Made by a program: the position numbers and the translations under genes
In this document: one piece after another, positions 1 to 12,593 of the stretch
Layout of the letters: each line of letters begins with the position of its first letter
How positions within the stretch are numbered: position 1 is the first letter of the stretch
Notes under the pieces: model-generated
What the model saw: the letters and a program-made list of their open reading frames with translations, nothing else
What the model was told of the DNA's origin: nothing
Databases searched by the model: none
Assembly (NCBI GenBank): GCA_964304625.1
Contig: OZ199838.1
Coordinates: 16,847,469 to 16,911,468, forward strand
Reading direction: 5' to 3'
Origin: Kudoa neothunni
Taxonomy: Eukaryota > Animalia > Cnidaria
DNA: 64,000 bases

Positions 1-919
1 AAATAACCATTTTTGGTTATGGTTATTTTCGTGATGATATCGATTACAAAATTAAAAATTTACAAAATATCGGACCATTACTTATCCTTTGCAAATGTAC
101 ATGCGGAGATAATGTGGGTGTGATTCCGCGTAAAGATACGGGTGATGGTTACCAGTCTAGATGAAACAAATGCCATAAAAGGTGCTTATTGAGGTTTGGG
201 ACCATTTTCGAAATGTCAAAGTTCCCCTTGTGGAAATCGTTTATCAAGCATCCAACTACGACATTTGATTAGGTTCGACAACACCTTGATATCACGTCAA
301 ATTCAACCATAATGGATTGGAAGACTATTATAAGAGATTTCATGACTTCCAAATTGAATGATAAATTCACAAAAATTGGAAGTGATGGAATAATTGTTCA
401 AATTGACTTGACCACGATCTCGAAGAAGAAATATAATATTGGCCGTGTTATGAAAAATCAGCAACATTGGACGGTGGGTGGAATTGACGAAGAAGAGAAC
501 TGCTTCCTAACGATTTCTCAATACAGAAACCGAGACGTTATTGAGAGAATAATAATCGATAACGTGGGAGACGGTTCAACAACAATATGGACGGATACAA
601 AAATTTGGAAAATTTAGGTTTTTTTCATGGAACCGTTGTCCACAAAAGGAGGTTTGTTTCGAGTGATGGAGTTCACACAAACAAAATAGAGGCGACTTGG
701 GGTACTTTTAAAAGGAATTATATAAACGCCACAAACAAGAATCCAGAGAGTTTACCTGGGTATATAACAGATTTTTGTTTAGAAAAAAATGTGTCGAAAC
801 AGAAATTAGTGCTCTCTTTGTATATATTTTGACGTTTAATTCACTTTAAAAACTATATGCTAAGTTTACCGATGTTTGGTTTTTTCCGACGAAGTTTTTA
901 CAGATTCTGTAATATAGCC
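1..919 (+). mobile_element. Merlin/ISXO2-like (IS1016-type DDE) DNA transposon, degenerate, truncated by window start
   Basis: KIGSDGIIVQID, WTVGGID, TIWTD(G), VHTNKIEATWGTFKR motifs split by a frameshift; right TIR ending ..gtaatatagcc at 919. Confidence 0.8.
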
Positions 920-1336
920 AAAAATTGAATTGAATTTTATTTTTTTAGATAATCAATAATTTTGCACTCGATTATATCAACTGATCCAAACTGTGTTAAT
1001 TGATTTTTGAAGATAAATTATGAAAAATTATATTTGTATATATTTTTGGCAATTATTCCGACAAATATTAAATTAGTTATGTTATAAAAATTCTTAATTA
1101 TGCTTTCTGGCAAAATAATAATTTATTCAATTCCTATAAGATTAAACATGTTTTGCTGAGGCTTTGAAATATGAATTGTATTATTTTCTTAATATAGCAT
1201 TATTTATATTTAATTTTAACTAAAAATCAATTTAACTTTATTGAAAGGCATGAATACCGTATAATACGCGAGAATTATTCTTTGTAGACAATATCAGATT
1301 AACCATCGGTAAGATATTTCCTTGAAGAATCAAAAA

Positions 1337-4212
1337 ATGATTTTATTTTATTCATTGATTATTTACTCTTGTAAGAAGAATATACGTATTAACCTAGTTA
1401 TTTGTATTTAGTCATACATAGCTGTATCAATACTGAAGTGTCGACTACAGCGCGTGAAGTTTATTATCAAATAGATCGTTCGGATGCTGACGCCTGGAAA
1501 ATGCATGTTGAACTAAAAGGTTTGGAATATACTACCGAAAAAAAATGTCGCATAATGAGAGAGAATACTGCTGGGAACAATTTTGAAGATTTTACGGGGT
1601 GCGTAAGTACAGAGGCTAATATATCTGATAAATGCATAAGAGCTTGTGCGGGCAGTGATAACCAACTAGACTATTCTAAGATGTCTCCGAGGTCAAAATA
1701 TATTTATGTAAAAGATGGAGCAGATGCAGATAATCTTAAAACTGAGGCAAATAAAAAAGGTGGAAAGGTTTATGGTTTTGAAATACGTACGATTAAATTT
1801 TTATTATGGTTTTTATGTTTATTTAGCACTATTGGTTGATCCTGATATAAAGGCTTCAACAGATACTTCACAATTATTGATGCTGAAAGCGATCACTTGC
1901 AAACCAGTGGCATGTCCAATTTACTATAAAAATGTTTTATACAAGAATGTTCCTGCGGGAGAGAAAGCTGTATAGCACAAGCTAGTGAAGCTGGCGTCAG
2001 TTCAGTTGATTATGGAGCAAGAGTTCCGTACTATGAAGTGCGTTGCATTAATTATCCAATATTCTATTACCATATGCCCAATCATTATATGAGAAAGGAA
2101 ATTGATATTTATAATCCACAGTTTTATGTTAAATACAAGTCTGCCAGTGAAAAAACTCAATATCATCTTAAATTCACTAACGCTTTTCCTAGTGAAATAT
2201 GTCTGTTCCAAATAAGAGATGCAACTGATAATGTGAATACAGGTCAAAATAAATATCAATCAAAATGCGGAGGAGGAACAGAAAAAAAGTGTTACGCCCT
2301 TTGCAATGACGTCGAACTCACTCTAACTTCTACTAAACCTATTGTTGACATTTTAATTCAAACAAGGCACAATCAATTGGAGAAAAAAAGTGATGACACA
2401 TTTGAAGGGCATACGTTTAAAAAATTTGGTAAAAATATTATTTTAAATTTATTTTAATGCCTTTTAGCTGTCATCGAGCAAGCGGAAGATGCTAGCGCAC
2501 TTATATCTTCTATTACAAGCACTGGCGTCAATATCAATGTTCCACTACTTGCACCATCCACCGAAGGTGCCACTAAATTTAATCAGTGTGCAATCAAATA
2601 CTACGTTGCAGATAGAATTAAAAATACCCCATTAACTGACGCGAAGTGCTCATCCAACAAATGTGTAGATACTTGTGGCGCTGTCTTTACAGTTCAAGAA
2701 TTGCCTGAAGGGAAACCTATTATGTTTGAAATATCCCCTACTATAATACAAGGATACACCAATTTCAAAGAATATCTATTTATTAAAACTCGTAATATGT
2801 AAATATGGCACCATTTTATTCATATGTGGTAGTTAAAAAGGATGGACAAAATTTTAATTCCGAAAAGCCAACAATGGGGGAAACGACAGCTATAGTAAAA
2901 GCAATTCAAGGCAATCCCGAAGCAGAAACCATGCCGGTGTGTGATTATTTTATAAGTAAAACTAATGAAATCTCATTCGTGGAAGCGACATGCCTTGATA
3001 GAAAACCCTGCGGAGGATTGTGTAAAGAGGTTAAGACGCTAGTGGAACTTGAACCAAACACATCCTACAACATCAAGATAGTCGCATACGCGGATTATGG
3101 TTCTATTGTACATGAGAATCTCCAAACGAGTAAAAATAAAAATTTCTGTTTCTTTTTTATAGTATAATAGCATTTTCAAGACTCACTCTCTCAGAAGAAA
3201 AACGAGACAGAGGTTTTAAAGTTGTAGGAACATTGTCAACACCAATGAGTGATGCAATGTGTCATTACAAAATAAATGCGAAAAATGGAGAAACTTGGGA
3301 TCCTGTTTATACTTGTATTGAAAATAAGGAAAACCCCACATTATCTTCATTATTAAATGTCATTGCCAGAACCGGTACAGGGAATCAACCGTCTATATCT
3401 AACGATACTTCTGTTAAATCATGTACGGAAGTACCGCTGTGTAAAAGTATTGTATTCAGTGATTATTATGATGCTTCGAAGGAATATCAAGTTTTGGTAA
3501 CAGCTGTAGGTAGATCTCGTGAGGAAACAATTATTATAAAACCAAGTATTTTCTAAAAATTATTAATATTATTTTTATATTTTATAATTATTAGTAATCA
3601 TTAAAATATTTTTTGTTCCGAATATAATAGAAACTTTATAATTTAGAATTGTTACCGGAAACTCCCTCAGATGTAACCAAAACAATATTAGTTTTTATTG
3701 TCCGTGAGGGTACTACATTGAAAGTAACAACCACACTCCCAGAAGGTAAAAACGAGAAATCCACTTGTAAATGGAAATTGATTAATTCTAACGATCTTGC
3801 AAAACCAACAATTAAGAAGTGCACTCAAATTACTGGTGAAGATTGCACAGTATTCCCAAGTTGCAAAGAATTTACAATCGAAAATGTAGTAGATACAACA
3901 AATTACCACTTGACTGTTTATCACAGTCAGGATGAAACAGTATTAGGAACAGCTGAAATAGATCAAGGTATCAATAATTATTTATACAATTTCTATTTAC
4001 TAAATTATAGGCGCAACTGGGAGTAAATCGACGTAAATTATAATATTTGTTTATTTAGACTATAAGATTATTTAGATCAGGAAACACTACAATGTAAAAT
4101 GTGAAAGGACGGATTTTTAATTTTTATTTTTAGTATCATAGTCTCTGTTGTAGTTGCAATAGTAGCTATCGTAGGAATAGGAGCTTTTATGGTATACAGA
4201 AAAAATAAATAA
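1337..4212 (+). pseudogene. Surface-protein family copy A (10 exons; signal peptide, Cys/FN3-like modules, TM), with one 2-nt frameshift in exon 3
   Basis: ATG 1337 MILFYSLIIYS|FIHSCINT after a 41-nt GT-AG intron; nine GT-AG introns at the same positions as in paralogs; micro-exons GATGSKST/SGNTTI; last exon IIVSVVVAIVAIVGIGAFMVYRKNK*. At ~1958-1966 GGAGAGAAAGC has 2 extra nt versus copy A' (GGAGCAAGC), giving TAG at 1973-1975. Could be an assembly error. Confidence 0.8.
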
Positions 4213-6226
4213 AAACATTAACATTCATATTAATCATATTAGATAGAAATTTTTCTGATTTATCTCAATTTTTATGTGTCATCAATTTAATGGTGGGTTT
4301 TGTTTTAAATAATAGGTGTTTTTTAAATATATGTCAACTTTTTTCCAGAATTATAAAGAAGTTTTTACAATTATTTACGTTATTTTAATTTTTTATAAGT
4401 AATTTTATATTATTAAATTTTATCTTATTAAAACAAAAAAATAAAAAACATGTTTTTTATATTTATTATATGATACAAATAACTATAAATTTACTCAAAG
4501 ATTGATAAGTGTAAACTTTTAATTCCCCTTTTTATTAAGATAATAAACTAATCGGTTTCTATTTTCATAACACAAATATCACTTCATAATTATTGAATGA
4601 TCTTTTTATAGTTCTTTTATACTAACTTTATTTTAAACTAATAAAGAATCATTTGTTTTCAAATAAATATATATTTTCCAAAGATTTTTATTATTTTTTT
4701 TCAAAACGCTTTTGAGATTCTTCAGTAATATGTTTGAATTGAAATTATCCACGCATTTGAAAGACTAATATTATTTTATTTTATAAATAATATATATTTG
4801 AATAAAATATTATTCTGAATATTACGCATATTGTGTAATTTTAGAAAATCCATAAGTTTCAAACTCGTTGGAACCAATATTATATGCATACGGCTGGGTC
4901 CCGATATAATGTAGTTTAATGATTATAAATTGATTTTTTATCATTATTTTACGTAGATAGTTGTAGCTGTTTCCTAGACTGAATATATCATAAAAAAATA
5001 TATTTAATCATGATTATTATATTATAAGTTCTAGCTATTTCGTCATAACAATATTTTTGTATATAATCCGATTAATCATTACATTTGTAATTTAAAAATA
5101 TATTATAATTATATACTATAGGAATTTAGAAAAAATTATTAAAAAATAATGTATTAAAGCATTATGGGGTCTATATAAATAATTAAAAATATAAATGAAT
5201 AGCAATATTGTATTTCTCGTATCTTCTATCTATAAACTGAAATTTTATTAAAATACGCAAATCATTACTTGAAAAAGTTTCAAGAAAAGGAGATACTTTG
5301 AGTTAGATCATCTCCAGTTCAAGAAATAGAAAATGGCTTTTACTATTAGATATTTCTTCATCTTTTAAAATAAGTAAGGGAACATTCACGGTTTATTTGG
5401 CGTGACTGTTTTTACGAGAATTCAATGGTAAGCGGCTCGGAGATGGACACACGTCCACTACTTTAAATCCTAAAAACTCTAATTTATAGGCGACATATTC
5501 ATTCTAATTTTTTAAACCTGCTCTTTTTAATTACTTTTATCATTTAGTACCTAAATAATCTCCCAGGAGCTAGAAATAATTTAATTATAATAAAAACTTA
5601 ACCTATTGGAATAATGTTGTCTATTGGAATAGCTAACCTTTTTATTAAGAGATGACAACAATTTAAGTCATCGTTATAGGTAATCACGTAAACTTCCAAT
5701 AAGCAGGATCCTTACATTAATTAAACTATTCATATTGTTTTTTTAAGGACATTAAAATATAAATATAAGGCCGAGTTAGTATATACTTTAATCGTTGCAT
5801 GTAAAATCTGTTAATCTAAATTTTAATAGCTTTCCAATTAGAATTTTTATTGAAACTAACAAGCATTATGTTTATTAATAAATATGACGATATTAGATAT
5901 AATGAGAAATTAGAAGCAGTTAGAAAGACTCAAAAATTGTCATGAGTAAGATTTTTTAATAAAAATCAAAAATTTGAGCGTAATTTAAACTAATATTTCA
6001 AAAATGAATGTGAAAACGTTGTGACGTAAATAAAATCGTTTTCAAAAATCTTAGAATCATAGTTATTGAAGAATATTTCTGCATTTTCATGATATGCTGA
6101 AATAATTGACCACATTTAGATAATATAGGGGACAAATTGAGAAAATTAGATAAATCATTTTATACGCGCCACATAATTTTTCCTTCAGTTAATGCGAGGT
6201 TTTATTGAGTAACAGAACCCCTGGTC

Positions 6227-6891
6227 TAGAGTTTCCCAACCTTCTATCTATCGCGCCCCACCTTTTTAAAAAGTATTGATTTTTTTAATTTAAATTGTTT
6301 AAAAGATCGAGTAAAGCTCACTATAACAAAAATTTGAAAGCAATTAATATATACATCTTTTCCAGTAAAATTAAAATGTGTTCGATCTGATCTAATTTAA
6401 TTTATCAATGGACCATAAAAACTAACATCATTAGTTCTTCATTCCGTCAAACACAGCATAAAATAAAACTCATGATAATCCAACCTTTATTATGAAAGAT
6501 TTTTGTGTACATGGGACTAATTAATCAAAAATGAATAATATAAAAATAATAAATATTATATTAGGTTCAATCAAAAAAGGAGATGTACCACTCTAAGTGA
6601 AACAAGATGGAGCTTCAAACTATTCTGATTCTATTTGGGTAAAGGACGCGTTAAATATTATTATTAATTTTTATATAATTTGTCATTGTTTTTTTTATAT
6701 TTTTTACGGTGTTAATCGTCACTTAAAAATAAGCGGTATCGAAAATCGTGATATTGACTTCAAAGTATGTCATACCGCCCAATTATTTCACTATTATCTG
6801 TGTCACACCAATACTCAGGATTTTTCACGTCCCATGAGAGCGGTTCATTGATTGTTTAAAAATTTCCACGCCTTACCGGTAGGAAACACTG
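6227..6891. mobile_element. Non-autonomous hAT (Charlie-like) element; inverted copy 39833-40494
   Basis: Ends TAGAGTTTCCCAACC..CGCGCCCC and ..GGAAACACTG (GGGAACCACTG in the other arm) resemble CAGTGKTTCCCAA-type TIRs; TSD degenerate. Confidence 0.5.
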
Positions 6892-7938
6892 TCCAAACCA
6901 ATTTGAGATATCTTACACCAACGCTTTATTATATAAGATTAAAATAGATTTTTTTATTCAATTATTTCCACCTCTTTGACTATTTGGTTCAATCCAAGCA
7001 ATTAAATTATGGCATAGGCTATTGACACGGTAAAATTTAATCCTAAACAGCAACTCCGCACGCGCGACGAGAATTTTTAATCTCAGCAACTCCAACTTAC
7101 AAGCTGGTTATAAATTTAATTTTTTAGAATCTGTTATATTTAATTATTTACCATGCCAATAGCTACTCCCTTTAATTATACTAGGTTTAGTCGACTGTAT
7201 CTCATATAAAATCTAAAAATAAAAAAAAGTTGAATTGCGGCAGAATAGCTCGGCCATATTTTACATATTAATTTATTCGACGATTAATCCAGATAAGTAT
7301 ATCAAACAAAAACTTAAACTTAAATTTCGGTGCAAATCGTTTTACCTCCGTATAATTTAAATTCAATAAATAATCATTATTTATAGACATTTAAAACAAA
7401 AATATATAAGAATTAAATTCAAACTTTTTTTTCTATATTATTTTGATTATGATTATCATAAAATATTATATCATGATCGTTGATTGTAACTACCGTGACG
7501 CACGAATATACCCGATTTCGTAATATTTGTATAAGTAACACTCCGTTAACTTTAGTACTTTGCACATATTAGTTTTAAAATTCCGCACGACACATTAATA
7601 AAATATGAAAACTTTTATTTCTATCTCCTACACGACGTTTTTGTATCGCGATTAAAATATTTTCGTGCATTTTAAGATAATTAATTTTCATAAATTTTTG
7701 ACGTGTTCTTTTTTCCTAGATTTCCGCATTCTTTGAGCTTTGAGATTTATTTAATAGAGTATATACAGCGGAACCTCGATTATCCGGAAATCTCGCTATC
7801 CGGAATTTGGAAGAACTATTTAATCATATTTCCGGACCTTAGAATTGCTACGCAATACTAAATTACTTCGCAATACTGAGCGATTTCATATTAATTTTTT
7901 GTTCATAAGTATTTATACGCAGTACTTGCTTCGTAATA

Positions 7939-9630
7939 CAGTTAGTGACCGGTTTTACGTACTTTTTTTCGAACGTTTTTGAATAAAATAGATGAATTTG
8001 GTTTGTTTAATGTTCGAAAGAATTAAATGAAATGAAAAAAAATCAAAACATAAAATAATAAAATACATCCAAAAGATTTCCCTAAAGCAGCCAAATTTGT
8101 TACTATAAAGTACCAGATATATACTCCATATCCAATCACTATGGCACCTTAAAAAACATAAATAAAATTTTTTAAATGGTTGAACACAAATCGAGTATTG
8201 TCTTCATTTGCGAATTTATTAAAATGTGTTTAAAAAATTACCCAAGTTTGACAAAAAAGGTCGATCGATCATGATCGCAATGATGAAAGCTATATTTCAA
8301 ACTAGCTCGAACTGCCCAGCGTTGCTTGGGGAGGATTTCGCCTAGAGGCATTTTTTAATAGCATTCAAAAAATATATTGAAATCTCGAATTAACCCACAG
8401 AAACAAAATAACTAAAAATTTTTAAGCAACTTACTATAACGATTTGGATTATGCAATTTAAATTATGATAATTTCTGTGAAGGAAAGTATCAATCCCTGC
8501 GTCCATTTAAAAATTTCGTGGCTCGGCATAAACAGCCATAAATTGCGTCGATTTCAACATAAACAATTTAAATAATTTTGTGAAATAAAAGTACAACCAT
8601 CCGCATTGAATTTAATCACGTAAAGTAAAACTTAGCGGAGAATTTAATGAAACCTATGAGCGCAGTATTTCCATTATAACGCTTCAATTAATGTAACTTT
8701 AACGTTATCCACGAATTCGTTATTTATGAAACATACATAGATTTTTTGTCGCATTAAAAACCATTAATAGAACTTATAATATATACTTATCAAGTCATAT
8801 ACGTTAAAACTCCGCAAATAAGGAGTGTGTTTAAACAGACACCCAAATAGAAACGCCAACCTTATATATAAAGATAGATAGATAGAAGAAGTTAATGAAC
8901 ATATGATGGAGCATATGAGGAGATAGTTAACTTCAACCGACCATAACCATCGAATAAGCAAATGCTAATCCTATAGTTGAACTCATTTAATCCGAAAAAC
9001 AAACTTTAAATCGAGAAAATCACTGTTTCATAAATACTTTTTGGAAACTTTAGTAGTCCGAAAACAATTAAACGATTTTTTTAAATATCATAAATTTATA
9101 AAAATTTTATATATAGCTCTCTATAAGGAAAAAATTATCCGCCCATGCGTATTTAGGGGCATACACACACACAAACAAACAAACATACCGACAGTCCTCT
9201 TTTATATATATCCTTTATATATAAAGGATATTTGGACGAACTTTTTGTCACCAAAAAAACTAATGACTTTACTTCTATGTGGAAAAAATTATTTTTTTCT
9301 TAAATTGATGCAATTTAATTATATTAAATAGCAACGGATATTATTATATGCACGTACTAATAAATGCGTAAAACTGGACGTTACCAATTTCACACACATT
9401 TTTCCGCGATACCGAATGGATTACTCAAATCCGGTTAACGACTGTGTTTTCATTTTAAAAAGATTTAACGTTTTTATTTGAATTAATGCATTTGAATTAT
9501 ACCATTTAATAAATAATTGAATAATTTTCTGTAATACGGTCGCGAAAAAGTGTTTAGAACCGGAAATGACCAATTTTACACACTTATTTTCCTGGTTCCG
9601 AGGGGATTACGTAAAACCGGCCACTGACTG
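7939..9630. mobile_element. Non-autonomous Tc1/mariner-type element
   Basis: TA|CAGTTAGTGACCGGTTTTACGTA ... TACGTAAAACCGGCCACTGACTG|TA: 23-bp TIR (2 mismatches) with TA flanks. Confidence 0.75.
8299..9212 (+). mobile_element. Putative non-autonomous Helitron/Helentron-like (DINE/HINE-type) insertion
   Basis: 5' ACTAGCTCGAACTGCCCAGCGTTGCTTGGG hairpin-like start; 3' (CA)n/(CAAA)n microsatellite followed by TTTTATATATAT. Pattern resemblance only. Confidence 0.45.
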
Positions 9631-9997
9631 TAATTTCTAAAGGGTCCGCTGCTAAAATATGAGTCTGCATGGCAATTGATGCTGAAAATCGTATTTCTGA
9701 TATTTTGGTACCAGCAGATGTTTTTGATTTGAATACATATTTGTTTTCAAATTATTTTTGGTAAGTTCATTCTAGGTTTAATATCGATATATCTTTTAGA
9801 ATCTAAAATAGAAATATTTTTGTCGTTGTTATTAAGATTTATAACTTTCATAATCTTCAACTGCTGATATTAAAAGCTGAAATGAGGTATTACATCAATT
9901 ACAAATTTATTTACTTGAAGATTTCTCATGTGGAAGCCAAGAACTATTAGTTTTCCATTTTTCTTGAAATGCGCGACAAGTGCCTGGTTTTACTATA

Positions 9998-11640
9998 CAG
10001 TGTGTTGTACGTATAATGTAATTCCCACGGGACCGAGGAACAAGTGCTAAATAGCCAGATATGTTGGTTATTTGACACCTGGCGACGTTCGCGCCTTTAT
10101 TATAAAAACAAGTGTTTATTAATAATTTAAAATCTACTTAGAACTACTAAAATAATCTAATATTTTAGTTTGAATCGTGCTTTTTCTGATGCCTTATAAA
10201 GTTCCAACTAAAGATGATGAAGGGGGTCCCAAACATCAGATCCATATTGTTTGAAATAATCTTTTAGATATTCAAAACATTTTAATGCCTCTTTTCAATT
10301 GTACAATATATTTTTGATTTCGGCTTCTGCATGTTCAGAAGATGACTCTGGAAGGATCACTGAATTTGTTTGTGTATCATATTGACACACTCTAACGAAG
10401 GATTCCTCCATCATGGATTCTAATAGATTAGTACCATCTTCTTCATCAAATGACAGTTTTGAAATAAAGTCATTGTAAGTCTGGTCAACATAGATTAATT
10501 TATTGGATAGATCGTCGGGAATATTATTATTATCATCTTCGAAAATAAAGCCAGCCTTTTTAAAACAATTTAATATTGTCTGTGGCTTGATATTTTCCCA
10601 AGATTTCTTTATCAACACCAACGCATCCAAAAGATCAATCGGCTTTATGTCTATGTTATTTTTGACGTGGATGGTATATTTTTCGATCAAATTTTTCTTA
10701 TAAATTGACTTGAACGAATTGATCACACCCTGATTCATCGGTTGGAGTACGGAGGTTGTGTTTTGGGGGAAATACATTATGGTAACGCCGGAAAGACTTA
10801 ATGGAAGGTGACAGCTCGCATTATCCACGAAAAATGAAACATACGTATTTTTGTTTGATTAAATATTGGGTAAAGATTTTAATGGTCGTCCAAGCTTTTT
10901 TAGTTGAATAATAAGGAATCGGTTTTTTTAAATTTTAAATCATCTTGGTTGACTATGATGACCAACGACTATTGGCTCAAACTTTTCTCCAATTAAGGGA
11001 GCCCTAAGTAATAGTGTTAATCGTTTTTTGGCCGTTTAGTACATTTGGGATTTGAGTCGTTAGACAAAATATTACTTCTTCCTAAATAGAATCTATAAAA
11101 TCTCATGTCTTCGAGAAGTCTTATTAAATCGACTTATCACGCAATTAAACTTTAAACTTTAAGAACTGAAATATTAACATTATAATGGATAAGTAATGAA
11201 TGAGAAACATGCATCTCAATATTCATTAATTTAGTTTAAATAAAATGATAACCATATACAGAACCAACAAATTTGAAACTTTTACTTGGATGTTGTTCGT
11301 AGAATAAGGAAAGTTCATCCAAGATAAAGATTTGATTTTCTTCGTAATTCTTCATTATAGATTCTAATTGAGTTTTCCAATCCGATACAACATCATCGCT
11401 CACGATGTAAGAATCCCCCTGAGAGTTAAATCTTCTAAGATAAAATATATCATTAAAGCCACGAAACTATTTGTAATTGACGTTTTTCGAATCTTTACAG
11501 CATTCTTTGCTGATTTCGCTGCGATAAAAGCTCCAATTTATTTGGTCTTATTCAAGTGATCCGCTAGTATACACAATTGCTGATTTCAACATTATCTCCT
11601 TTTTAAAAGTTTTTCTGTTTTTTAACTAAGTCACTCTCAT
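9998..11640 (-). mobile_element. Tigger/pogo (DDE_1) transposase pseudogene
   Basis: ORF 10295-10828: DNASCH...FPQNTTSVLQPMNQGVINSFK...W..I...TILNCFKKAGF, typical of DDE_1; upstream fragments are disrupted; TA|CAGT end at 9998. Confidence 0.8.
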
Positions 11641-12593
11641 AAAAATTGATAATTTATGATTTATTTGTTAGAATTCCAATTAAGGTTGATATTGAAAAAA
11701 GTTTAAATGCTTCACAATTTGGCTGTTTTTTGATGGTTACGGTTTAAAAAACTTGATGATTTCATGGTTTTCCTTAATAGAATATCACTTTTTACACTTT
11801 TCTCAGCCTTGTTTTACAAAACTGAATTGTTGCCCCGGATTTAATATCTAACCCGGGCGAAAAAGGTGCCAACTACCCATCAACGCTTGAAAACATATTT
11901 GATTTTTAAATTTTGTTTGAAACATTTTTTAACATAATAATATAAGTTTTAAAATGTATTGACAACCCTTTTTTAAGTTTTTGTCTTCTACATTATTTAA
12001 TTTAGTTAGATATTCTATAGGTACCAAATACCCCTCACCCACAGTAGTGTTTTTAGATACGCCTGCCATTTTAAATTTAAGAGCGAAAAAATCGGACATC
12101 GTTGGCAACGCTACCCGAAAACCTATTTTATGTTAACGAACTACATGATTGTCTAATAAAAATTTTAATTCTCGAATAGATAAGTATGTATGATTATAAA
12201 TTAGTGATGAGTTCGCAGTCAATTAGGCTAGATTTTACTACAAATCCCATTTTTGGAAAAATTAATCAACACAAGGTTTAGATCTGCCAATAGTTATCTA
12301 ATGTAAATACCTGTGGAGAATAATATGAACATTTTATTTCATGTAAATATATTAAGTGATTTTTTGAAATTTAAATAAAGAAAATAAACTAGACGCTCAT
12401 TGGCACGGTGAGTATTCATTTTTTTATGTGTTATAAAATAGAATTCTAATTTAATAATAAATATCTTATGATTACTAATCTTATGTTTTGTTATAAATTG
12501 TTAATAGTATTCATATTATTAACCAAACTCAATCAGATTGAAGCATTTAATAAATATAACGAATATTTTCGTTTATACATTATAAAAAATAGA

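Larger units (their letters stand above)
1..7700 (+). repeat. Outer left arm of large inverted duplication (pairs with ~39000-46783)
   Basis: Base 1 onward (aaataaccatttttggttatgg) is the reverse complement of ~46760-46783; ORF 312-617 is identical to 46170-46475(-); homology continues through gene A and ~3.5 kb of 3' flank. The arm probably extends left of the window. Confidence 0.93.

Noticed and set aside
1-919. Bacterial IS1595/ISXO2 insertion sequence, suggesting contamination or HGT
   Set aside because: Eukaryotic Merlin elements carry the same DDE domain, and the context is spliceosomal genes and eukaryotic TEs.
1402-4026. Reading the consecutive short ORFs as a prokaryotic operon or as programmed frameshifting
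   Set aside because: Every ORF break except one (at ~1960) coincides with a GT..AG AT-rich intron at a position conserved across paralogs; TTG/GTG starts in the track are artefacts.
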